NCBI GenBank assembly: GCA_009839925.1
Contig: VXOS01000053.1
Coordinates: 2,447 to 66,446 of the forward strand
Direction: 5' to 3'
From: Chloroflexota bacterium
GTDB lineage: Bacteria; Chloroflexota; Dehalococcoidia; UBA2979
DNA: 64,000 bases
Positions 59,816-64,000 of this stretch are shown one piece after another. Every line of letters starts with the position of its first letter. Within the stretch, counting starts at the first letter, position 1. The translations under genes and the position numbers were made by a program. The notes below the pieces were generated by a model. That model was not told the origin of the DNA and did no database searches. It saw only the letters and a program-made list of their open reading frames with translations.

Positions 59816-60345
59816 CCAGCGGAGCCGAGGAGCGGCGGGTCTACCTCGGCATCGGCGGCAACCTCGGCGACCGCGTCGCCGCGCTGCGCACGGGTCTCGA
59901 ACGGCTCGCCGAGGCGGGCGTGGCCGTCGAGGCGGTCTCCTCGCTCTGGGAGACGGAGCCGTGGGGCGGGCCGGCCTGCGCGGACCCCGCGCCGCCCTAC
60001 GCGAACGCCGCCGCCTGCGTGCGCAGCGCGCTCGAACCCCTCGCACTGCTGCGCCTCTGCAAGCGCATCGAGGTGGCCGCGGGCCGCGATCTGGACGCCC
60101 CACGCAACAGTCCGCGGCCGCTCGACCTCGACCTGCTGCTCGCCGATGACCTGCGCATCGAGAGCGAGGAGTTGCGAATCCCGCACCCCCGGATGCACCA
60201 GCGCGGCTTCGTGCTCGTCCCGCTCGCGGAGATCGCGCCGGACGTGATGCACCCCACGCTGGAGCGCTCGATCGCCGAGCTGCGCGACGCCGTGGGCCTC
60301 GAGGGCGTCGAGCCGCTTGCGCCCGTGGGCTGGGAGTCCGGTTAG
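59812..60345 (+). CDS. folK: 2-amino-4-hydroxy-6-hydroxymethyldihydropteridine pyrophosphokinase
   Basis: RVYLGIGGNLGDR...ETEPWGG...RPLDLDLL HPPK motifs. ATG overlaps the folP stop. Confidence 0.85.
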   Translation: MTSGAEERRVYLGIGGNLGDRVAALRTGLERLAEAGVAVEAVSSLWETEPWGGPACADPAPPYANAAACVRSALEPLALLRLCKRIEVAAGRDLDAPRNSPRPLDLDLLLADDLRIESEELRIPHPRMHQRGFVLVPLAEIAPDVMHPTLERSIAELRDAVGLEGVEPLAPVGWESG

Positions 60346-60373
60346 CTCTCCAGCAGCCGCTCGCGCAGCCGCG
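60344..60373. repeat. 30-nt direct repeat copy A (agctctccagcagccgctcgcgcagccgcg), identical to 60815-60844
   Basis: Exact 30/30 identity found by direct reading. Copy A abuts the folK stop; copy B is the last 9 codons plus stop of the phosphatase gene (…RLRERLLES*). Confidence 0.85.
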
Positions 60374-60399
60374 GGTGACCCGCTGCGCGCCCCCGGCCG

Positions 60400-60756
60400 C
60401 TAGCTGAGGGCGTCGAGCCGCTCGACGAGTTCGCCGACATGGGTGAGGTGATCCTCGACCGTGTCGCGATCGAGCCAGCCTTCGTAGGAGTTGGTGTGGA
60501 GGGCGGCAGCGATGCCGAAGCTGCTGCGCAGCTCACCGTCGCCCGTCTCGTCGACCAGTCGTGTGACTGTCCGGAAGAGATCGCGGTGGCTGTGGTGGGG
60601 CCAGCCGCGGGTCTCGGCGGCGGCCTTGACCATTTGCGCGGCCGCACCCCAACCCTTCTCCGAGGCTTGGCGCAGGTCGTCCTCGGCGAGGTAGCTCCGC
60701 GCCCTCGCAAGGAACTCGTGGCCAGTGTCGCTGTAGGTGCTCCCGTTGCTGGTCAT
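60400..60756 (-). CDS. HEPN-superfamily protein, PaREP1-like
   Basis: MTSNGSTY...LRQASEKGWGAAAQMVKAAAETRGWPHHSHRDLFRTV... resembles the PaREP1 family (QASEK.W.A....KA.AE..G....SH). No nucleotidyltransferase partner is nearby. Confidence 0.5.
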   Translation of the reverse strand: MTSNGSTYSDTGHEFLARARSYLAEDDLRQASEKGWGAAAQMVKAAAETRGWPHHSHRDLFRTVTRLVDETGDGELRSSFGIAAALHTNSYEGWLDRDTVEDHLTHVGELVERLDALS

Positions 60757-60812
60757 GGCCTGATTGTAGCACCGCGCGAGGCGCTGCCATGGCACGAGGG
60801 CGCGCGGCCCCC

Positions 60813-61556
60813 TCAGCTCTCCAGCAGCCGCTCGCGCAGCCGCGCGATCAGGGGCTCGTCGACGCCGCCGAGGGCGAGCAGCGCCTCGGTCGAGTCGTAG
60901 CGCTCGTCGATGCCGCGCAGCAGCGACTGCATGGTGTCGGGCGTGGCGTCCAGCATCTCGCGTGTGAGCTCGGTGCCCCACGCCTTGCCACGCTCCGCGA
61001 TCTGTTCGTCGCTGAGGTCGCGCCACATCGTCAGGTACTCGCGGGTCAGCGCGTAGTCCTCGACGATCGTCTCGTCCGGCACGCCGAGCAGGCGCAGCAG
61101 CAGCGCCGCAGTGACGCCCGTGCGGTCCTTGCCGCCTTCGCAGTTGAAGGCGACGGCCTTGCGTTCGTCGGCCTCGGCGATCGCGGCGAAGACCGCGCCG
61201 ATCGCCGCCACCGCTTGCTCGACGCCTTGCAGGTAGTCGAGGCCGGGCCCCGAGGGGTCGCGCATCGTGACGCGCCCGTAGGGCACGTGGCGGTGCTCGA
61301 CGCCGTGCTCGTGCAGCGAGGAGATGCCGTGCCGCTCCAGTTCCTCGTTGGTCCGCAGGTCGAGGACCAGCGCCAGGTCAAGTCCGAGCAGGCGCTGCAC
61401 GTCGGCGCGCGTCGTCTGGGAGAGCGTGCTGGTGCGGAACACGGTGCGCCAGCGCACGCGGCGGCCCTCGCGCGTCTCGTAGCCGCCGAGGTCCCGGAAG
61501 TTGCTCACGCGCTCGAACGGGAGGCGACGCTCGAAGGTCTCCGTCGGGTCGGTCAT
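60813..61556 (-). CDS. Protein tyrosine/serine phosphatase (Y_phosphatase3-like, CX5R)
   Basis: Active-site CEGGKDRTG and a general acid region upstream. Start MTDPTETF. Confidence 0.7.
   Translation of the reverse strand: MTDPTETFERRLPFERVSNFRDLGGYETREGRRVRWRTVFRTSTLSQTTRADVQRLLGLDLALVLDLRTNEELERHGISSLHEHGVEHRHVPYGRVTMRDPSGPGLDYLQGVEQAVAAIGAVFAAIAEADERKAVAFNCEGGKDRTGVTAALLLRLLGVPDETIVEDYALTREYLTMWRDLSDEQIAERGKAWGTELTREMLDATPDTMQSLLRGIDERYDSTEALLALGGVDEPLIARLRERLLES
60815..60844. repeat. 30-nt direct repeat copy B (3' end of the phosphatase gene)
   Basis: See copy A. The two copies bracket a 441-bp segment holding only the HEPN/PaREP1-like gene. Confidence 0.85.
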
Positions 61557-61780
61557 GGGCTGCCGCCCGACGGCTCGTCCTCGGCGTCCCACTCGGCGTA
61601 GGCCATGGTGTAGCCGAGCCAGAAGGCGAGGGCGGAGAGCGCGGCGACGCCCGCGCCGACGGGCAGCGCGAGCGCGGCGTAGGAGCGCCTCGAGGCCGCG
61701 CCGAGGAAGACGAACAGCTGCAGGATCGCGCCCGCCATGAGCAGCAGTCCGAGCCGCCGCGAGCGGTCGGCGTCGCTCAC
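61553..61780 (-). CDS. Small two-TM membrane protein, 4-bp coupled to the phosphatase gene
   Basis: 75 aa, two hydrophobic helices, overlaps neighbours by 4 nt on both sides. Confidence 0.4.
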   Translation of the reverse strand: MSDADRSRRLGLLLMAGAILQLFVFLGAASRRSYAALALPVGAGVAALSALAFWLGYTMAYAEWDAEDEPSGGSP

Positions 61781-61983
61781 GGGGAAGCCTCTGCCAGCTC
61801 CGGCGGCAGCAGATTGGGGATGCCGTCGTCGATCCGGTAGCGGTAGTCGCAGGCGGCGCAGTACAGCTCGCCGCGCACGATCTCCTCGCGGCCCTGCGCG
61901 TCGCTCTCCGCCTGCTCGACCGTCAGCGTCAGTTCGGTCTTGCAGACGGGGCAGGCGAGGATCTTCAGCAACTCGTGACGCAT
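61777..61983 (-). CDS. Trm112/YcaR-like (UPF0434) zinc-ribbon protein
   Basis: KILACPVCKTEL...LYCAACDYRYRIDDGIPNLL is the Trm112p-like family signature. Confidence 0.65.
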   Translation of the reverse strand: MRHELLKILACPVCKTELTLTVEQAESDAQGREEIVRGELYCAACDYRYRIDDGIPNLLPPELAEASP

Positions 61984-62116
61984 CGGACCTCCGTGGCGCG
62001 CCTCGGCGCGGCGGCGCTCAATGATAGGTGCTGCAAACCGCGGGTGCTCGCTGGTGGCCGCCGTGCCGCCTCACTAGACTCGGAGATCCGAGGGCGCGAC
62101 GGACGGGGCTGGCCCG

Positions 62117-62794
62117 ATGGCAGAGCGGATCCCGCTGCAACGCGCCGTCGCCGTGATCGGGGACGACAGCGTCGCGATCCGGCGCTCGCGGGCACAGCTG
62201 GTTGCCCCGCTGATCCAGCTCGCGCTGGCCGCAGGGTCGGTCGCGTTGATCGTCGCCTTCCTCGATGCCCTGCCGCTGGCGCTGCTGATGGTGCTGCTCG
62301 TCGTCGCGCTGCTGATGGGGCCAATCGCGACGCTCGGGTTGGTCTACAACGTGATCGGCCGCTCCGTGCTCCTGGAGCGGCAAAAGCAGTCCGTGCGCTG
62401 GCAGCAGGGCCTGCTTGGACTCGGCATCGGCACCGACGAGCTCGTGCCGTTCTGGCGCATCGACCACATCGCCGTCGAGGGCGACTACGAGGCGGAGCTG
62501 GAGAGCGGCGAGCGGCAGGACCTCGTGACATGGGAGGTCGAGCTGGTGAAGGACAACGGCAAGCGGCTGACGATCGGCACGGTCGTCGCCGCGCGCCCGC
62601 TCGCGGACGAGGGTCTGGCGCGCGCCAACCGCCTCGCGGAGGCGATCGCCGAGCGCAGCGACTCGGAGGCGCGACTCGCCGCGCTGCCGGAGGAGGCGGA
62701 CGAGGAGGCCGCGCCGCCGGACGCCGCGCGGCCGCGGCGGCGCCGCCGCATGGTGCGCGCCGGCGCGGCTCCGCCGGAGGTGAGCGATGAGTGA
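62117..62794 (+). CDS. Hypothetical membrane protein with acidic C-terminal tail
   Basis: Three hydrophobic segments, then a soluble domain and an EEADEEAAPPD tail. Confidence 0.45.
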   Translation: MAERIPLQRAVAVIGDDSVAIRRSRAQLVAPLIQLALAAGSVALIVAFLDALPLALLMVLLVVALLMGPIATLGLVYNVIGRSVLLERQKQSVRWQQGLLGLGIGTDELVPFWRIDHIAVEGDYEAELESGERQDLVTWEVELVKDNGKRLTIGTVVAARPLADEGLARANRLAEAIAERSDSEARLAALPEEADEEAAPPDAARPRRRRRMVRAGAAPPEVSDE

Positions 62795-63218
62795 GGAGCC
62801 GCTGGAGCGCCAGCTCCTGCGCGAGGCGCGCACGATCGCCGTCGTCGCGCGCTCGGCGCGCACCGATCGCCCCTGGCACGACATCGCCGGCTATCTGATC
62901 GAGGCCGGGTACCGTGTCTACCTCGTGAACCCGCTGCTCGGCGAGGCGCACGGGCGGCGCTGCTACGACAGCGTTGGCGAGCTGCCGGAGCGCGTCGACA
63001 TCGTCGACGTGTTCCGCCTGCCGTGGGAGACGCCGGAGGTTGTCGAGGACGCGATCGAGGCGGAGGCGGGCGCGGTCTGGCTGCAACTCGGCATCGTGCA
63101 CGACGGGGCGGCCGCTCGCGCACGCGATGCGGGCCTGCGGGTGGTGATGGATCGCTGCACGAAGGTCGATCACATGCGGATGCATGCGGACGCAACGGGG
63201 GGCGGTACGCTACACTGA
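62787..63218 (+). CDS. CoA-binding domain protein (YccU family)
   Basis: TIAVVARSARTDRPWHDIAGYLIEAGYRVYLVNP pattern of CoA_binding_2. Confidence 0.65.
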   Translation: MSEEPLERQLLREARTIAVVARSARTDRPWHDIAGYLIEAGYRVYLVNPLLGEAHGRRCYDSVGELPERVDIVDVFRLPWETPEVVEDAIEAEAGAVWLQLGIVHDGAAARARDAGLRVVMDRCTKVDHMRMHADATGGGTLH

Positions 63219-63253
63219 CGATCTCCCCCGACCGGTAGCGGAGAGGGGCGCGC

Positions 63254-64000
63254 TTGATTCCGAGCCTGCGCGAATCCTGCGGCGTGATGGGCATCTTCGC
63301 CCCCGGCGAGGATGTGGCTCGACTCACCTTCTTCGGCCTCCACTCCCTGCAGCACCGCGGGCAGGAGTCCGCTGGCATCGCCACCGCCAACGGCGACCCG
63401 GAGGTGCAGCGCTTCGCCGAGATGGGCCTGGTCACCCAGATCTTCCACGAGGAAGTCCTGTCCGACCTCCAGGGCACCCACGCGATCGGCCACACGCGCT
63501 ACTCGACCACCGGATCGAGCACCCACGCGAACATGCAGCCGCTGATCGTCTCCGGCCCGCACGGCGAGCTCGCGCTCGCGCACAACGGCAACGTCGTCAA
63601 CGCGGACCTGCTGCGCAGCGACCTCGTCGATGCCGGGGTCGAGTTCCAGACCGGCACGGACTCCGAGGTGCTCGCGCAGCTGCTGGCCCACGCTTCGGGC
63701 GGCACCTGGGAGCAGCGCTTCAACTACGTGATGCGGCGCGCCTCCGGGGCCTACTCGCTGACACTGCTGACGGCGGACGCGCTGTTCGGCGTGCGCGATC
63801 CGCTCGGCATCCGCCCGCTCTGCCTCGGGCGTCTCGGCAATGGCTGGGTGGTCGCCTCGGAGACCTGCGCGCTGGACACGCTGGGCGCGGAGTTCGTGCG
63901 CGAGATCGAACCCGGCGAGGTCGTGCGCATCGACGAGGCCGGCGTGCAGTCCTGGACCTTCGAGGGCGAGCGCCCCGCGGGCCCCTCGCTCTGCCTGCTG
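63254..64000 (+). CDS. purF: Amidophosphoribosyltransferase (N-terminal part; gene continues beyond window)
   Basis: Short propeptide, then the catalytic N-terminal Cys in CGVMGIF. Ntn-glutaminase domain motifs follow (HTRYSTTGSS, DSEV). TTG start. Confidence 0.9.
   Translation, partial: MIPSLRESCGVMGIFAPGEDVARLTFFGLHSLQHRGQESAGIATANGDPEVQRFAEMGLVTQIFHEEVLSDLQGTHAIGHTRYSTTGSSTHANMQPLIVSGPHGELALAHNGNVVNADLLRSDLVDAGVEFQTGTDSEVLAQLLAHASGGTWEQRFNYVMRRASGAYSLTLLTADALFGVRDPLGIRPLCLGRLGNGWVVASETCALDTLGAEFVREIEPGEVVRIDEAGVQSWTFEGERPAGPSLCLL

Overview
High-GC (about 70%) bacterial chromosomal window, mostly core housekeeping genes. Gene content (CIRCE/HrcA, Rho with an Arg/Glu-rich N-terminal insert, MurT/GatD, CysO/CysM/Mec+) fits Actinobacteria- or Chloroflexi-like lineages; this placement is inference. 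Left arm is mostly minus-strand: the hrcA-grpE-dnaK operon with a perfect CIRCE operator, an ECF sigma factor, two tandem LysM-M23 peptidases, rho, a Kef-type antiporter, pyrG, dapA-asd-dapB, rpsO-pnp, pepA and dnaA. Gene orientation switches at the dnaA/coaX intergenic region (30742-31081), a candidate replication origin. From 31 kb to 60 kb nearly everything is plus-strand: coaX-coaBC, obg, nadD, ychF, xdhC, tatA, murT-gatD, lgt, then a large sulfur-metabolism block. That block has a ThrC-like gene, a NIL/ACT-like gene and a CysO-like carrier, then an enolase-amidase-enolase insert, then Rrf2-cysK, a MoaD-MoeZ fusion, cysO, cysM, a rhodanese, a hypothetical and Mec+. folP-folK follow. Two elements look accessory or horizontally acquired. 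One is a Panacea-domain (PanA-like) gene overlapping a small uncharacterised downstream ORF at 12.5-13.6 kb, with visibly lower GC than its surroundings. The other is a single HEPN/PaREP1-like gene at 60.4-60.8 kb flanked by perfect 30-nt direct repeats that duplicate the 3' end of the neighbouring phosphatase gene. Several RNA-handling proteins (Rho, PNPase, GyrB) carry Arg-rich low-complexity extensions encoded by tandem DNA repeats. No rRNA, tRNA, CRISPR array, transposase or integrase was recognised. Many long antisense ORFs in the six-frame track are GC-driven artefacts.
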